A stretch of DNA of 64,000 nucleotides from Nostoc sp. DedSLP01 (GCA_034530875.2 JAVRCJ020000002.1:1-64000); one strand, 5' to 3'. Shown: positions 47,876 through 59,384, numbered from the stretch's first letter. Translations and numbers: made by a program. The notes: generated from the sequence alone by a model not told the origin.

Positions 47876-48146
47876 TCAAGTATTATTCTTAGGATTCCCA
47901 AACCAGAACAAAGCCTTAAATTATTACATGAACAAGATTGACAAAAAGGATAAGGTTCGGTTTATTTACTTGAAAATAGCTATTACTTGAAAATAGCTGT
48001 AATTATAGATTTGAAGCGTTCAAACGATTGTACTTGCAGCAAGCAGCAGAGCAAAAAGACTAGGCTTACCCTGCTGATGGTTTAAAAACTGAGTGCGAAT
48101 TTACCTGATTATCACTTTATGATACCCGTTAATGGGTAGACTACGA

Positions 48147-48401
48147 TTAATCTTGGTCTTTCGGTTCCAATGCTGTGTTAGATGGCTGGTTGCTACCATT
48201 TCTTGCAGCTTCTAACTTTTGACGAATAGCTGCCTGAACCTTTTCATCAAAATCAGGGTCGCTGAGAGATGCAAGAATTCTGAGCGGACGTTGGTTAATT
48301 CTGTTTAAATACGCCTGAAATGCAGCCTCATCTTTACGATGTTTGAGAAAATATTCTCTTAACTCAGCATTAGACATTGCATCATAGTTAACGCGGCTCA
48401 T
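48147..48401 (-). CDS. DUF6887 family protein
   Basis: MS..NY.AMS..ELR.Y.L.HR.D..AF..Y..R pattern; overlaps DUF6888. Confidence 0.75.
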   Translation of the reverse strand: MSRVNYDAMSNAELREYFLKHRKDEAAFQAYLNRINQRPLRILASLSDPDFDEKVQAAIRQKLEAARNGSNQPSNTALEPKDQD

Positions 48402-48576
48402 CAGCAAACTCCCCGTTGGGTAGAATTTGAAACTCTAATTCTTCGCTATAGCCAGCTAATAAATACACATTACGAGTTCTATTATCAACACAAACAAGAT
48501 GTATGGGTTGAAGCATAACATACGTAAGTTGATAGGCGATGCGGTATAGACTCTCTAGCTGGGCAGCAGTAGGCAT
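48388..48576 (-). CDS. DUF6888 family protein
   Basis: MPT..Q......LT....PIHLV..D.RT.NVYLLAG..E..EF.I..NG. Confidence 0.75.
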   Translation of the reverse strand: MPTAAQLESLYRIAYQLTYVMLQPIHLVCVDNRTRNVYLLAGYSEELEFQILPNGEFADEPR

Positions 48577-48808
48577 TCCGAACATTTCTTTATCTTTCGA
48601 TTATCATAGCAAGATGATTGATAAAAATTAATTTTTGATACTGTCCAAGTAGCTTACATAAAAAAACATCAGTCAGCCAAATAACCCAGGATAATGAATC
48701 ATAATTAACCTCTATAGCTTTGAGCTATTAGCCATCAGCCGCCAGTTACAAGTCGGAAGCTAAGATGCTGAATGCTAAACGCTTTTAACTCAACTCAACA
48801 AATTGACT

Positions 48809-49813
48809 ATGAATACAGAACAAGCGAACAAAATAATCCGCGTGGGAGTACTGGGGTTTGGCGGACTAGGACAAGCCGCCGCCAAGCTACTTGTCGGCAA
48901 ACGCGAAATGATTTTAGTCGCAGCAGCAGATCAAAAAGGCTACGCTTACGCCACTGAAGGTTTAAATACTCAAGAATGCATCGCCGCCTACCAGTCTCAA
49001 GGTTCGGTAGGTTATCTAGAGCCAGTTGGGACATTAAGCAATAACAGTATTCAAGATTTAATCGCTACCAATCAGCCTGTAGATGGGTATTTTCTGGCTT
49101 TACCGAACCTACCAAATGATTTTATTCCCTCTGTTGCCAAGCAGTTTATCGAATCTGGTTGGCGGGGTGTGCTAGTGGATGCAATTAAGCGCACCAGTGC
49201 TGTAGAACAATTACTGGCAATGAAAGAGGAACTGCAAGCAGCCGGAATTACCTACATGACAGGATGCGGTGCTACCCCCGGACTGTTAACCGCTGCTGCC
49301 GCTTTAGCAGCTCAAAGCTATGCCGAAATTCACAAGGTAGAAATTACTTTTGGTGTGGGAATTGCCAACTGGGAAGCTTACCGCGCAACCGTTCGGGAAG
49401 ACATCGGCCACATGCCTGGTTACACAGTGGAAACCGCTAGGGCAATGACTGATGCAGAGGTGGAAGCACTATTAGATAAAACTAATGGCGTGCTGACTTT
49501 AGAGAATATGGAACACGCTGATGATGTGATGTTAGAAGTCGCGGGAATAGTGGGACGCGATCGCGTTACTGTTGGTGGTGTAGTCGATACTCGCAATCCT
49601 AAAAAACCCCTCAGCACCAACGTTAAGGTAACAGGACGCACCTTTGAAGGTAAGATTTCCACCCATACTTTTACTTTAGGAGATGAAACCAGTATGGCAG
49701 CTAATGTCTGCGGCCCTGCTTTTGGCTATCTCAAAGCTGGAAGACAATTGCACCAACGCGGTATTCATGGAATATTTACCGCTGCGGAAATTATGCCCCA
49801 GTTTGTGAAGTAA
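48809..49813 (+). CDS. bioU: BioU, NAD(P)-dependent suicide enzyme replacing BioA in biotin synthesis
   Basis: Rossmann [16 protein letters not shown] (reactive Lys), [26 protein letters not shown]. Confidence 0.8.
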   Translation: MNTEQANKIIRVGVLGFGGLGQAAAKLLVGKREMILVAAADQKGYAYATEGLNTQECIAAYQSQGSVGYLEPVGTLSNNSIQDLIATNQPVDGYFLALPNLPNDFIPSVAKQFIESGWRGVLVDAIKRTSAVEQLLAMKEELQAAGITYMTGCGATPGLLTAAAALAAQSYAEIHKVEITFGVGIANWEAYRATVREDIGHMPGYTVETARAMTDAEVEALLDKTNGVLTLENMEHADDVMLEVAGIVGRDRVTVGGVVDTRNPKKPLSTNVKVTGRTFEGKISTHTFTLGDETSMAANVCGPAFGYLKAGRQLHQRGIHGIFTAAEIMPQFVK

Positions 49814-49816
49814 ACA

Positions 49817-49893
49817 GTAGAGACGCGATGAATCGCGTCTGTATAAAAGCAAAAAGGCAAAAGATAGAGGTAGATTCTATCTTTTGCCTTTTG
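49817..49893. terminator. REP-like palindrome plus bidirectional terminator between convergent genes
   Basis: AGACGCGAT-GA-ATCGCGTCT, then AAAAGGCAAAAGATAGA-N7-TCTATCTTTTGCCTTTT. Confidence 0.7.
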
Positions 49894-49913
49894 ATTTTTA
49901 GCCTTTGCTTTAA

Positions 49914-50474
49914 TTAAGCTGGTGGAATTTCTGGGGAGTAAGAATCTATAAGATTATCCTCAACTAACCATTGGGAAGTTTGAATTATAAATGGCAGTTC
50001 TGCTCCCACAAGACCCCGTTTGATGCGTTCTGAAGTTTCATTAAAAACTACAAACAAAGGATATATGCTATTAGCTCCCTCACTCAAAATATGGCTGTGG
50101 CGCAGAGGCATCAACCATTCATAATCATTGTCTAAAAAAACTTGAGATTGTCGCCAACGTCCTAACAAATCAGAAAAATCTTCATCGGGGCGATGAATAA
50201 AGATTAAAATCTCTACTCCAGTTTTGATTTTCCATTCTGGATCGCACATTATAATTGCTACATCGCAAGGCAAAGAAATTGCCTGTGGAACTGTTGTAGT
50301 AGTTTTGCGCAGGCGAACAATTGGTAAAGGAATAGCGATTACACTCTCATCTGGACGGCGCAGACTGGGAATCATCTCCAAATATGGACGGTGTTGTTTT
50401 AGTAAGGCGATCGCAGCCTGATGATTGCTGTATTCTGCCAAGCTCGCTTCGTACTGAGATTTTTGTACAATCAT
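49914..50474 (-). CDS. Conserved cyanobacterial hypothetical protein downstream of pilC
   Basis: 186-aa ORF (YLEMIPSLRRP, LPCD..IMCDPEWKIK, FIHRP.EDFSDLL.RWR). Confidence 0.8.
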   Translation of the reverse strand: MIVQKSQYEASLAEYSNHQAAIALLKQHRPYLEMIPSLRRPDESVIAIPLPIVRLRKTTTTVPQAISLPCDVAIIMCDPEWKIKTGVEILIFIHRPDEDFSDLLGRWRQSQVFLDNDYEWLMPLRHSHILSEGANSIYPLFVVFNETSERIKRGLVGAELPFIIQTSQWLVEDNLIDSYSPEIPPA

Positions 50475-50603
50475 GTTTTATTAAATAGCGAATAATTAGG
50501 GGTTAGGAGTTAAAAATAAAAATGAAAAGATAGAAATTAAGAATAATAAATAAAGAGCATAAACTCCTAACTCCTAACTCTTAATTCCTAACTCTATAAT
50601 CTC

Positions 50604-51827
50604 CTATCCTAATTTTTCAAATACCTTAAACATCGGCAAATACATAGCTAGCAAAATTGTTCCAACCATTCCCCCTAGAACTACAATCATAATTGGTTCC
50701 AAAATACTAGTCATTGCTTTTACTGCTTGCTCGACTTCATCCTCATAGAAATCAGCAACTTTCATCAGCATTGCATCTAGTTCTCCAGTTTCTTCGCCAA
50801 TACTAATCATCTGAATCGCCATAGCTGGAAAAACGTTTTCTTTTTGCAACGCGATACTAATCATACCTCCTTGTTGAATCTCAATCCGGGCTGCATCTAT
50901 GGCATTAGCAACTACCTGATTTCCTGAGGTATCTCGAACAATTTCTAAGCAGGTTAAAATTGGTACGCCTGAACGAGTTAAAGAACCAAATGTCCGGCTA
51001 AAGCGAGCAACAGAAGATTTTTGGATCAAGTCACCAAATATTGGCATTTTCAGAGAAAGGCGATCGATTGTTTGCCTACCAACGGGGGTTTTGTAGTACC
51101 TTGAGTAGGCAATTTTCAATCCTACAAGGACACCAATGATAATAAAAGCCTTCCAACTTCTCAATAATGCACTACAATCCATCAAAAATTGCGTTAGAGG
51201 TGGTAATTCCGTTCCAATTTCTGTAAAAATCTTTGCAAAAATTGGAATCAGAAAAACAGTCATACCTATAAAGATACTAACTGCTATAAAACCCACAACT
51301 GTTGGATAAGATAATGCTGATTTAATTTGGTTTTGTAGGCGGGCAACATCTTCTAATAACTTGGCTAAACGATTCAATACCTCGTCTAAAACACCACCCA
51401 CTTCGCCAGCTTGAATCATACTGACATATAATCCATCAAAGCATTCAGGATGCTTTCGCATTGAGTCCGAAAGATTCATTCCACTTTGGACATCGTTGCT
51501 AATATCCATCAGAGCTTGTTTCAGTTTAGTATTACTACACTGTTCGGAAAGTACTCCCAAGCTTCTGACAATCGCAACTCCTGCATTCACCAAAGCCGCA
51601 AACTGACGAGAAAAAACCGCTTTGTCTTTAACAGACACTTTGACAAAGGAATTCTGGATTTTCTTGATATCTAACCCGGCTCCAAAACCCTGAGATTGCT
51701 TGAGTTCTTGGACTACGAAACCTTGTTCTCTGAGACTAGTACGAGCTTGCGCCAAGGATTCAGCACTAATTTTTTCTGTTCGAGATTTTCCTTGAGCATC
51801 CCGAACACGAGCAACAAATGTTGGCAT
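50604..51827 (-). CDS. pilC: Type IV pilus platform protein PilC
   Basis: FSRQFAALVNAGV, AGEVGG.L, SALSYP, IGEETGELD, LEP, MYLPMF. Confidence 0.96.
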   Translation of the reverse strand: MPTFVARVRDAQGKSRTEKISAESLAQARTSLREQGFVVQELKQSQGFGAGLDIKKIQNSFVKVSVKDKAVFSRQFAALVNAGVAIVRSLGVLSEQCSNTKLKQALMDISNDVQSGMNLSDSMRKHPECFDGLYVSMIQAGEVGGVLDEVLNRLAKLLEDVARLQNQIKSALSYPTVVGFIAVSIFIGMTVFLIPIFAKIFTEIGTELPPLTQFLMDCSALLRSWKAFIIIGVLVGLKIAYSRYYKTPVGRQTIDRLSLKMPIFGDLIQKSSVARFSRTFGSLTRSGVPILTCLEIVRDTSGNQVVANAIDAARIEIQQGGMISIALQKENVFPAMAIQMISIGEETGELDAMLMKVADFYEDEVEQAVKAMTSILEPIMIVVLGGMVGTILLAMYLPMFKVFEKLG

Positions 51828-51951
51828 AAACAAATCCAAAATAGTTGTTAATTATTCGGTATTGGGCATTGGGCATGGGGCATTGGGCATTGGGTTAGAA
51901 AAAATCAACTCTTCCTAGTTCATAGTCCCCAGTCCCCAGTCGCTCATTCTT

Positions 51952-53070
51952 CTAATGGGCTTTAGCAGCAGCGGGTTTTGCACCGCCTGGTGGTGTAGAA
52001 GCACCGATGAGACGTTGGATTTCATCTGGCTTGGAAGTTTTAGACATTGCTGCTTCAAAGGAGATTGTTCCTGCTTTGTAATAGTCGGCTAAAACCTTCT
52101 CGAGAGTTTGCATTCCTAATTTGCCCCCAGTTTGAATAGCTGAGTAAATTTGCGAGGTTTTGCCTTCTCTAATTAAGTTGGAAATAGCGGGAGTAACAAT
52201 CAAAATTTCTTGAGCCATCACTCGACCATATTCACCAGGTTTAGGATTTTTCTTAGGTACTAATGTTTGGCTAAATACTGCTACTAAAGAGTTTGATAAT
52301 TGCACGCGGACTTGTGTTTGTCTTTCATGAGGGAAAACGTCGATAATCCGGTCAACAGTTTGTGCAGCAGAACTAGTGTGTAGCGTACCAAATACCAAGT
52401 GTCCTGTTTCTGCTGCGGAAATTGCCAAAGAAATCGTTTCTAAATCCCGCATTTCACCCACCAGAATAATATCTGGATCTTCCCGCAAAGCTGCTTTCAA
52501 AGCATTAGCAAAACTCTTAGTATCTTCACCTAATTGTCGTTGGTGAACCAAACTTTTAATTGGTTCGTAAACAAATTCAATTGGGTCTTCTACCGTTAAA
52601 ATATGCTCTGCCTTCGTGCGGTTAATTAAGTCAATCATTGCCGCCAAGGTTGTTGTTTTTCCGGAACCTGTAGGGCCTGTCACCAAAATTAACCCTCTAG
52701 GTTTATCGGACATTTCCCGCACTACATCTGGCAACCCTAATTTTTCAAAGTTAGGAATCTTAGAACTTAATGCCCGTAAACAAGCGGCATAAGCACCACG
52801 CTCTTTATAGACGTTTACCCGGAAACGAGCCAACCCTTTAACACCATAAGAACAATCTAATTCCCAGGTCTGCTCTAAGGTTTTACGCTGGGTATTGTTG
52901 AGCATACTAAAAATCAGCCTTTGACACTGATCTGCTGTCAACACATGCTCGCCTATAGGAGTGAGTTTACCGCTGATCCGGAAATAGGGAGGCAAACCTG
53001 CGGATAAATGTAAATCCGAACCCCCCATTTCAATCATCTGCTCCATCAAGTCTTCAATCATCATTTCCAT
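51952..53070 (-). CDS. pilT: Type IV pilus retraction ATPase PilT
   Basis: GPTGSGKTT, EDPIE, ALREDPD, GEMRD, GTLHT, AISNLIRE, GMQT. Confidence 0.97.
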   Translation of the reverse strand: MEMMIEDLMEQMIEMGGSDLHLSAGLPPYFRISGKLTPIGEHVLTADQCQRLIFSMLNNTQRKTLEQTWELDCSYGVKGLARFRVNVYKERGAYAACLRALSSKIPNFEKLGLPDVVREMSDKPRGLILVTGPTGSGKTTTLAAMIDLINRTKAEHILTVEDPIEFVYEPIKSLVHQRQLGEDTKSFANALKAALREDPDIILVGEMRDLETISLAISAAETGHLVFGTLHTSSAAQTVDRIIDVFPHERQTQVRVQLSNSLVAVFSQTLVPKKNPKPGEYGRVMAQEILIVTPAISNLIREGKTSQIYSAIQTGGKLGMQTLEKVLADYYKAGTISFEAAMSKTSKPDEIQRLIGASTPPGGAKPAAAKAH

Positions 53071-53164
53071 AGTTTTGCTTCCTTTTAATGTTTGTTATTT
53101 GTCCTTTGTCATTTGTTTTAAGTTAGTAAGCATCAACCAATTACTAATGACCAATGACTAATGA

Positions 53165-55177
53165 CTAATCTTGAAAACGAGGTGTCATACAGTAGGGACA
53201 ATCTAGCCATTCTGGTTGTAATTCGGCGCTACAAGTCCGGCAAGTAAGGCCAGTTTTGCGTTTGGCTTTTAATTCAGCTTCCAAACCGGTATCTGTAAAG
53301 GTCACCCGTTCTACTTCTTCTAGGGTGGTGGAACCTTGGCGTACTAAGTCCAGACTGTAAGCCAGCAAGGTTTTCATCCCTTCTTCTACGGCCACTTCCT
53401 TGATGCGTTCTGTGGGTGCTTCTTCGTTGATTAGGGTTTGGAGGTTTTCAGTGATTCGCATGACTTCATAAACACCACAACGGCCTTTGTAGCCGACGCC
53501 ATTACACGCTGGGCAAAGGTGATTTTTGGCTTTGGCTTCGGCGATCGCTTCTAATGTCAAAGTGTTAGCTTTGTAAAAGGTGACTTCTAGTTCTTGGGAA
53601 GCTGATAGACCGTAACGTGCCAGTTCCTCAGTTGTGGGAGTGTAGGGAATCTTACATTCAGAACACACTCGGCGCACCAGACGTTGAGCCAAAACACCAA
53701 TCAGCGAACTGGAAACCATGAACGGCTCAATACCCATTTCTCCCAAACGAGCGATCGCTCCTGGGGCATCATTGGTATGTAAGGTGGTTAATACTAAGTG
53801 ACCAGTCAAGGCAGCCTCAATCGCTGTTTTTGCTGTTTCCTTGTCCCGAGTTTCACCTACCAGCAACACATCCGGGTCTTGCCGCAAGAATGCCCGCAAT
53901 GCTGTACCAAAATCCAGCCCTTTTTCCCGAATTACCTGTACTTGAGTAATCCCTGGAAGACTGTATTCAATCGGGTCTTCTACAGTACTGATATTAATTC
54001 CGGGATCGTTCTTTTCCGCGAGTGCCGAATACAGCGAGGTTGTTTTACCAGAACCAGTCGGCCCTGTCACCAAAATTAGACCAAAGGGACGGCTGACCAT
54101 ATCCTGGACAATTTGTAAAGTCTCTGGATCGGTAATTAACTTATTCAATCCGAGTTGCGTGGAAGAATTATCTAAAATCCGCAGTACTATCTTTTCCCCG
54201 TAGCGACTAGGTAAGGTATTTACACGGAAGTCTACTTTGCGTCCTTCAAACATCCGCCGGATGCGTCCATCTTGGGGTAGGCGTCTCTCAGCAATGTCTA
54301 GATTGGAGATGATTTTAAAGCGAGCTGTTACTGCCGGAATGATTTTTTTTGGCAAAGGGTCAAAAGCTTCACGTAGTACCCCATCCTTGCGAAAGCGAAT
54401 GCGTAAGTTTTCTTCTTGAGGTTCGATGTGAATATCGGAAACCTTCTCGTGCAAAGCTTTAGCCAGGATTCTATTGACTAAGTTGATGACCGGCGCATCC
54501 TCAGCACCCTTCATCGCCGCCCCTAAATCGGCCTCCATGTCTTCAGGGGCATCTTCAATATCAAGATTTCCGAGATTTTCTAAATCCTGATTTATATCTG
54601 TAAATTTTTCTTGTTCTAGATGCTTTTGCCGTACAGCCAAGTCATCCAAATATTGGTTGATTAGCTGTTGGTAGTCCTCCTGTGTAATCACCATCCGCTG
54701 CAATGCCAGCCCTTGGGGGCGCAAGATGCGGTTGAGGTCATCGCAAGCTTCCAGATTATCTGGAGCAACCATTGCCACTAAAACTGAAGGTGGGGTTTGG
54801 TCTTCGTGTTTCGACAGTGGCACTAAACGATGGCGACGGCAGATATCCACTGGAATCAGGGTATCAATTAGGTTCCCCACCATTGTGTTGGCAAAGGAGT
54901 TGACTTCTGGATCGAGGAATTCAACACCGTAGAGTATTTTGAGTTCAAATAGCTGTTGTTTTTTGTATTGCCTGAGTAACTCAGGTGATAGCTGTTGTCC
55001 AGTAATTGACTCTAGTACTTCCGTTAGCGGTCTGCCAGATTTGCGGCTTTCAATTAGCGCCTGTCTCATCTGTTCGCTATTAACATAGCCAGATTGCACT
55101 AGCTTGTTGCCGAAGGGCGAAAACTCTGTTCTAGTAGTTAGAGCGGTACTGCGCCTTTGTGGTGACGAGTAAGTCAT
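53165..55177 (-). CDS. pilB: Type IV pilus assembly ATPase PilB with C-terminal zinc ribbon
   Basis: SDIHIEP, ERRLPQDGR, GPTGSGKTT, LRQDPD, TLHTND; C-terminal CRTC..CPYC. Confidence 0.96.
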   Translation of the reverse strand: MTYSSPQRRSTALTTRTEFSPFGNKLVQSGYVNSEQMRQALIESRKSGRPLTEVLESITGQQLSPELLRQYKKQQLFELKILYGVEFLDPEVNSFANTMVGNLIDTLIPVDICRRHRLVPLSKHEDQTPPSVLVAMVAPDNLEACDDLNRILRPQGLALQRMVITQEDYQQLINQYLDDLAVRQKHLEQEKFTDINQDLENLGNLDIEDAPEDMEADLGAAMKGAEDAPVINLVNRILAKALHEKVSDIHIEPQEENLRIRFRKDGVLREAFDPLPKKIIPAVTARFKIISNLDIAERRLPQDGRIRRMFEGRKVDFRVNTLPSRYGEKIVLRILDNSSTQLGLNKLITDPETLQIVQDMVSRPFGLILVTGPTGSGKTTSLYSALAEKNDPGINISTVEDPIEYSLPGITQVQVIREKGLDFGTALRAFLRQDPDVLLVGETRDKETAKTAIEAALTGHLVLTTLHTNDAPGAIARLGEMGIEPFMVSSSLIGVLAQRLVRRVCSECKIPYTPTTEELARYGLSASQELEVTFYKANTLTLEAIAEAKAKNHLCPACNGVGYKGRCGVYEVMRITENLQTLINEEAPTERIKEVAVEEGMKTLLAYSLDLVRQGSTTLEEVERVTFTDTGLEAELKAKRKTGLTCRTCSAELQPEWLDCPYCMTPRFQD

Positions 55178-55686
55178 AAATCAGCAATGAGTAGGGGAAA
55201 CCTCTGGTTAAAGTATTCCCACCATGTGACATAGAATTCTCATTGCTTAAAAAAGTCCTCAGTGTTGAGTGTGGGGAAATGGGGAGTCTGGGAAGTTGAG
55301 GGGACATAAATCCTAAGTCTTGCAAAGACTTGGGTTAATCGCGTCTCTCAACACTTAGCACTTTTGAAGGAATGACAATATTTGATAAATGGTTAAATTT
55401 TAAGTAGTAATTGATTAAAAAACCGATCCATGAATAAGATGAGGGGCGAATTAAATTCAGCGCCACTCTTGTAAAATACTTACTCCTAGAGTTACTGTAC
55501 TCGTTCGGGTTACCGCACTAGGAACGTCTCAACTAGCGTGTTCACCATTTGTCACAATAAGAGGACGGTGACATGACTCCAGAAACTTGACGGCAATAAC
55601 AGCCTCAGTTGCAAATCGTGAATAACTACGGTTGCAACCTATGCAGATCTATTGCCATAAAAAGCATCTGGAATCAGTAGACAATC

Positions 55687-56433
55687 ATGGATGAAAATAA
55701 ACAGATAAACAATACTAGCCAGCAATTGGGTGAACCAACAGAGGTAAAGCAAGTAATGATGAGCGACTCCCCAACCCAAATTAATTCCAATGAATCTGGT
55801 AGCGAAGTTACTGAGCAAGTCGCAGGCCAAACCAACGTCACAGCGGATACAGCTATTCTTAATCAAGAAGATGGCGTCGCCGCAACCGATAAACCTCAAG
55901 CGGACACGGCAGCTTTGGCACAACTGAATCAACAAATCGACTCGCTCAAAGCGCAACTAGAAGAACGTAGTACTCAATATATGCGGATTGCCGCTGATTT
56001 TGAGAATTACCGCAAACGCACTAGCAAAGAAAAGGAAGAGCTAGAAGCGCAAATGAGGCGGAATACGATTCTGGAATTGCTGCCAGTGGTCGATAATTTT
56101 GAGAGGGCGCGATCGCACCTCAAACCGCAATCCGAAGGCGAAATGACCATCCATAAAAGTTACCAAGGCGTTTACAAACAATTAGTAGATACCCTTAAGC
56201 GTTTAGGTGTATCGCCAATGCGTCCTGAAGGTCAAGAATTCGATCCCAACCTGCACGAAGCAGTAATGCGGGAACCTACGGATGAACATCCTGAAGGAAC
56301 AGTGTTAGAAGAGTTAGTGCGCGGATATTACTTGGGCGATCGCGTGCTGCGCCATGCAATGGTCAAAGTAGCTGCTCCCAAGGAAGATACACCTGCTGCA
56401 CTAGAAGATCAGTCGAGTCCAGCCAACAGTTAA
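55687..56433 (+). CDS. grpE: Nucleotide exchange factor GrpE
   Basis: [34 protein letters not shown]....[10 protein letters not shown]. Confidence 0.97.
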   Translation: MDENKQINNTSQQLGEPTEVKQVMMSDSPTQINSNESGSEVTEQVAGQTNVTADTAILNQEDGVAATDKPQADTAALAQLNQQIDSLKAQLEERSTQYMRIAADFENYRKRTSKEKEELEAQMRRNTILELLPVVDNFERARSHLKPQSEGEMTIHKSYQGVYKQLVDTLKRLGVSPMRPEGQEFDPNLHEAVMREPTDEHPEGTVLEELVRGYYLGDRVLRHAMVKVAAPKEDTPAALEDQSSPANS

Positions 56434-56732
56434 ACTGTAATCGCTCGTCTCGCTGACTAAAAGTGCCTGGTTCTAGCAGAGGCGAGCGTTATTGAGCAGA
56501 GGAGCATGAAGTCAGCCAAGCAGAAACCTCTGACGCTGACCGGGGGAGCAGGGGGGCAGGGGAGAAATTGTAGTCAGTTTTTCCCCTTTACTCCTCATCC
56601 CTTCTGCCCTCTGCGTATTTCCCATGCTCATCTATAACTGAGGTTATCTGCTAGCCTTCGTTTGGAGTAATAAAAGTTAATCCGCGAATTATAAAACTAC
56701 AGCATAAAGACTCAGTAAAAATACTGGAAAGT

Positions 56733-58691
56733 ATGGGAAAAGTTATTGGGATCGACTTAGGCACTACTAACAGTTGCGTCGCAGTTTTGGAGGGCGGTCA
56801 ACCACTTGTGATCTCCAATTCCGAAGGTGGGCGAACAACTCCAAGTATTGTGGGATTTGGGAAGGGTGGCGATCGCTTGGTCGGTCAACTGGCAAAGCGC
56901 CAAGCCGTAACCAATGCGGAAAACACAATTTACAGTATTAAAAGATTCATCGGTCGGCGTTGGGAAGATACTGAAGTAGAACGCGATCGCGTACCCTACA
57001 ACTGCGTCAAAGGTCGAGATGATACCGTTGATGTGCAAATTCGCTCAAAAAATTACACGCCACAAGAACTATCTGCCATGATCCTGCAAAAGCTCAAGCA
57101 GGATGCCGAAAATTTCTTGGGTGAAACCGTTACTCAGGCCGTGATCACCGTACCAGCATATTTTACAGATGCCCAAAGACAAGCAACTAAAGATGCTGGC
57201 ACCATTGCAGGACTAGAAGTCCTACGAATTATCAACGAACCAACTGCTGCGGCTTTAGCTTTCGGATTAGATAAACAAGACCAAGAGCAGTTAATTTTAG
57301 TCTTCGACTTGGGAGGAGGTACATTCGATGTATCGATTCTGCAACTTGGCGATGGCGTTTTTGAAGTTAAGGCAACCTGCGGTAACAACCACTTGGGTGG
57401 AGACGACTTTGATAATGCGATCGTGCGTTGGATGATCGAACGCTTCCAACAACAGGAAAAAATCGACCTTTCCCAAGATAAAATGGCACTCCAACGCCTG
57501 CGCGAAGCAGCGGAAAAGGCAAAAATTGAACTCTCTAGTATGGTGAATACTTCAATCAATTTGCCGTTTATCACCGCCGACGAAACAGGCCCCAAGCATC
57601 TGGAGATGGAACTCAGCCGTTCTAAATTTGAAGAGCTTTCAGCGCAATTGATTGAGGCTACCATCGAACCGATGATCCAAGCCCTCAAAGACGCAGATCT
57701 CAAGCCGCAAAATATAGATCGGATTATTTTGGTAGGTGGTTCTACCCGCATTCCCGCAGTCCAAAACGCGCTGATCAAGTTTTTCAACGGCAAAGCTCCC
57801 GATCGCTCCATCAATCCTGATGAAGCTGTAGCACTAGGAGCTGCTATTCAAGCAGGGGTATTGGGTGGTGAAGTCGATAATCTCTTACTATTGGATGTCA
57901 CCCCCTTATCTTTAGGGATTGAAACCTTGGGTGAAGTGTTCACTAAAATCATTGAACGCAACACCACAATTCCTACTAGTAAGTCACAAATATTTTCCAC
58001 CGCAGTTGACGGACAAACCTCGGTGGAAATTCACGTCCTTCAAGGCGAACGAGCAATGGCACGAGATAACAAGAGTCTCGGCAAGTTTCTCCTTGCAGGA
58101 ATTCCTCCATCACCCCGTGGGGTACCGCAAATTGAAGTATCTTTTGAAATTGATGTTAACGGCATCCTCAAGGTTTCTGCTCAAGACAAAGGTACAGGTA
58201 GAGAACAAAGTATCAGGATTACCAACACAGGTGGTTTGAGTACTAACGAAGTCGAACGGATGCGCCAAGAGGCCGAATTGTTTGCCGAAGAAGACAGAAG
58301 ACGCAAAGAACTGGTTGAACTCAAAAACCAAGCGGATAATCTGTTGTTCAGTTACGAATCCACCATCAAGGATAATGGCAACTTTATCGGTGAACAGATG
58401 AAAACCTTGGCTAGTGAAAAAGTTTCACAACTCCAAGCTGCAATGATTGACTCCAGCATCTCGACAGCAGAATTTAGGCAGCGCTTAGACGATTTTCAAC
58501 AAACTCTGTTTGCAATTGGTGCTGATGTCTATAACCGAGCCAACAGTCAAACTGAAGAAATTGAGGAAGCTTCAAGTAGCGCCTTTACTCCAGAAGTAGA
58601 CTCAGCTATGAATGGCACGCTTATACCTCAATTCAACTTTGATTTTGAAGAAGAAAGTACAGCACAAGCTGATTATGAGGCGATAGATTAG
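56733..58691 (+). CDS. dnaK: Hsp70 chaperone DnaK (DnaK1-type, grpE-linked)
   Basis: [50 protein letters not shown]. Confidence 0.97.
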   Translation: MGKVIGIDLGTTNSCVAVLEGGQPLVISNSEGGRTTPSIVGFGKGGDRLVGQLAKRQAVTNAENTIYSIKRFIGRRWEDTEVERDRVPYNCVKGRDDTVDVQIRSKNYTPQELSAMILQKLKQDAENFLGETVTQAVITVPAYFTDAQRQATKDAGTIAGLEVLRIINEPTAAALAFGLDKQDQEQLILVFDLGGGTFDVSILQLGDGVFEVKATCGNNHLGGDDFDNAIVRWMIERFQQQEKIDLSQDKMALQRLREAAEKAKIELSSMVNTSINLPFITADETGPKHLEMELSRSKFEELSAQLIEATIEPMIQALKDADLKPQNIDRIILVGGSTRIPAVQNALIKFFNGKAPDRSINPDEAVALGAAIQAGVLGGEVDNLLLLDVTPLSLGIETLGEVFTKIIERNTTIPTSKSQIFSTAVDGQTSVEIHVLQGERAMARDNKSLGKFLLAGIPPSPRGVPQIEVSFEIDVNGILKVSAQDKGTGREQSIRITNTGGLSTNEVERMRQEAELFAEEDRRRKELVELKNQADNLLFSYESTIKDNGNFIGEQMKTLASEKVSQLQAAMIDSSISTAEFRQRLDDFQQTLFAIGADVYNRANSQTEEIEEASSSAFTPEVDSAMNGTLIPQFNFDFEEESTAQADYEAID

Positions 58692-58800
58692 GGATTGGGC
58701 ACTGAGTACTGGCGATTGGGTACTGGGAATTGAGGATTGGGTAGAATTTAGTCCCAGTCTCTAATCCCCAGTCACTAGTCCCCAGTCCCCATTCCCCAAT
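58690..58800. repeat. Inverted STRR heptamer tracts after dnaK (terminator-like)
   Basis: GGGATTG/GGGTACT units facing CCCAGTC/CCCCATT units. Confidence 0.7.
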
Positions 58801-58950
58801 TTGGAAATTTTTATTAAAACACTTTAATATATCTAAATATATAAAAGCTAAATTTAGCGAAGTTTTACAAGACCTCAGCAGTTTGCTAGATTGTAGAAGC
58901 AAATGACTGTGGGCTAAACGGTGTGCTAGTTGAGATGCGATCCAAAGCAT

Positions 58951-59178
58951 AGGGTGGTTTTCCACACCTGATGGTGCGGTTAGCCCTTCTGGTTGATGGG
59001 CGGGGTTTTCCTCTCCTACGTAGCACAATTGTAAAAGAGACAGCTAACTCGGCAGTGAGAAGTCCGAACAGAGCGAAAAACCAGAACGGAGGTCTCCGAC
59101 AACCTAGATTTTTCAAGGGGTTTCCCCTGTTCGTCACTACTTCTGTAACTTTTGTCGTCTCCCACGAGGAAACCACCT
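58951..59178 (+). ncRNA. Putative structured RNA / long dnaJ leader (unassigned)
   Basis: End-to-end pairing GGTGGTTTTCC / GGAAACCACC plus several internal helices in a GC-rich block of an otherwise AT-rich spacer. Confidence 0.35.
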
Positions 59179-59384
59179 GTTAGTCAAGATTTGTCGGTGA
59201 TTTTTGTAAAAGGTAAAGGGTAAAATCAATTATTAACAAAAATTAATTTTATCTTCTGCCTATCCTCCGACAAGCCGCCCTCTAAAAGACACTTTGTAGG
59301 TAAAGCGCCTTTTTGTAGGGTAGCAAGTAACCGTAACGTTCTACTGCCTCCTGCTTTGTTCCTTCTAACTTTTACCTTTGCTAT

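Noticed and set aside
55354..55380. CIRCE (HrcA) element upstream of grpE-dnaK
   Set aside because: Only a TTAGCACT half-site; the GAGTGCTAA arm is absent
57134..57814. 226-aa antisense ORF in dnaK (and similar antisense ORFs in pacS, hisF, DUF4335, dnaJ and the kinases)
   Set aside because: Shadow frames fully overlapping well-supported genes
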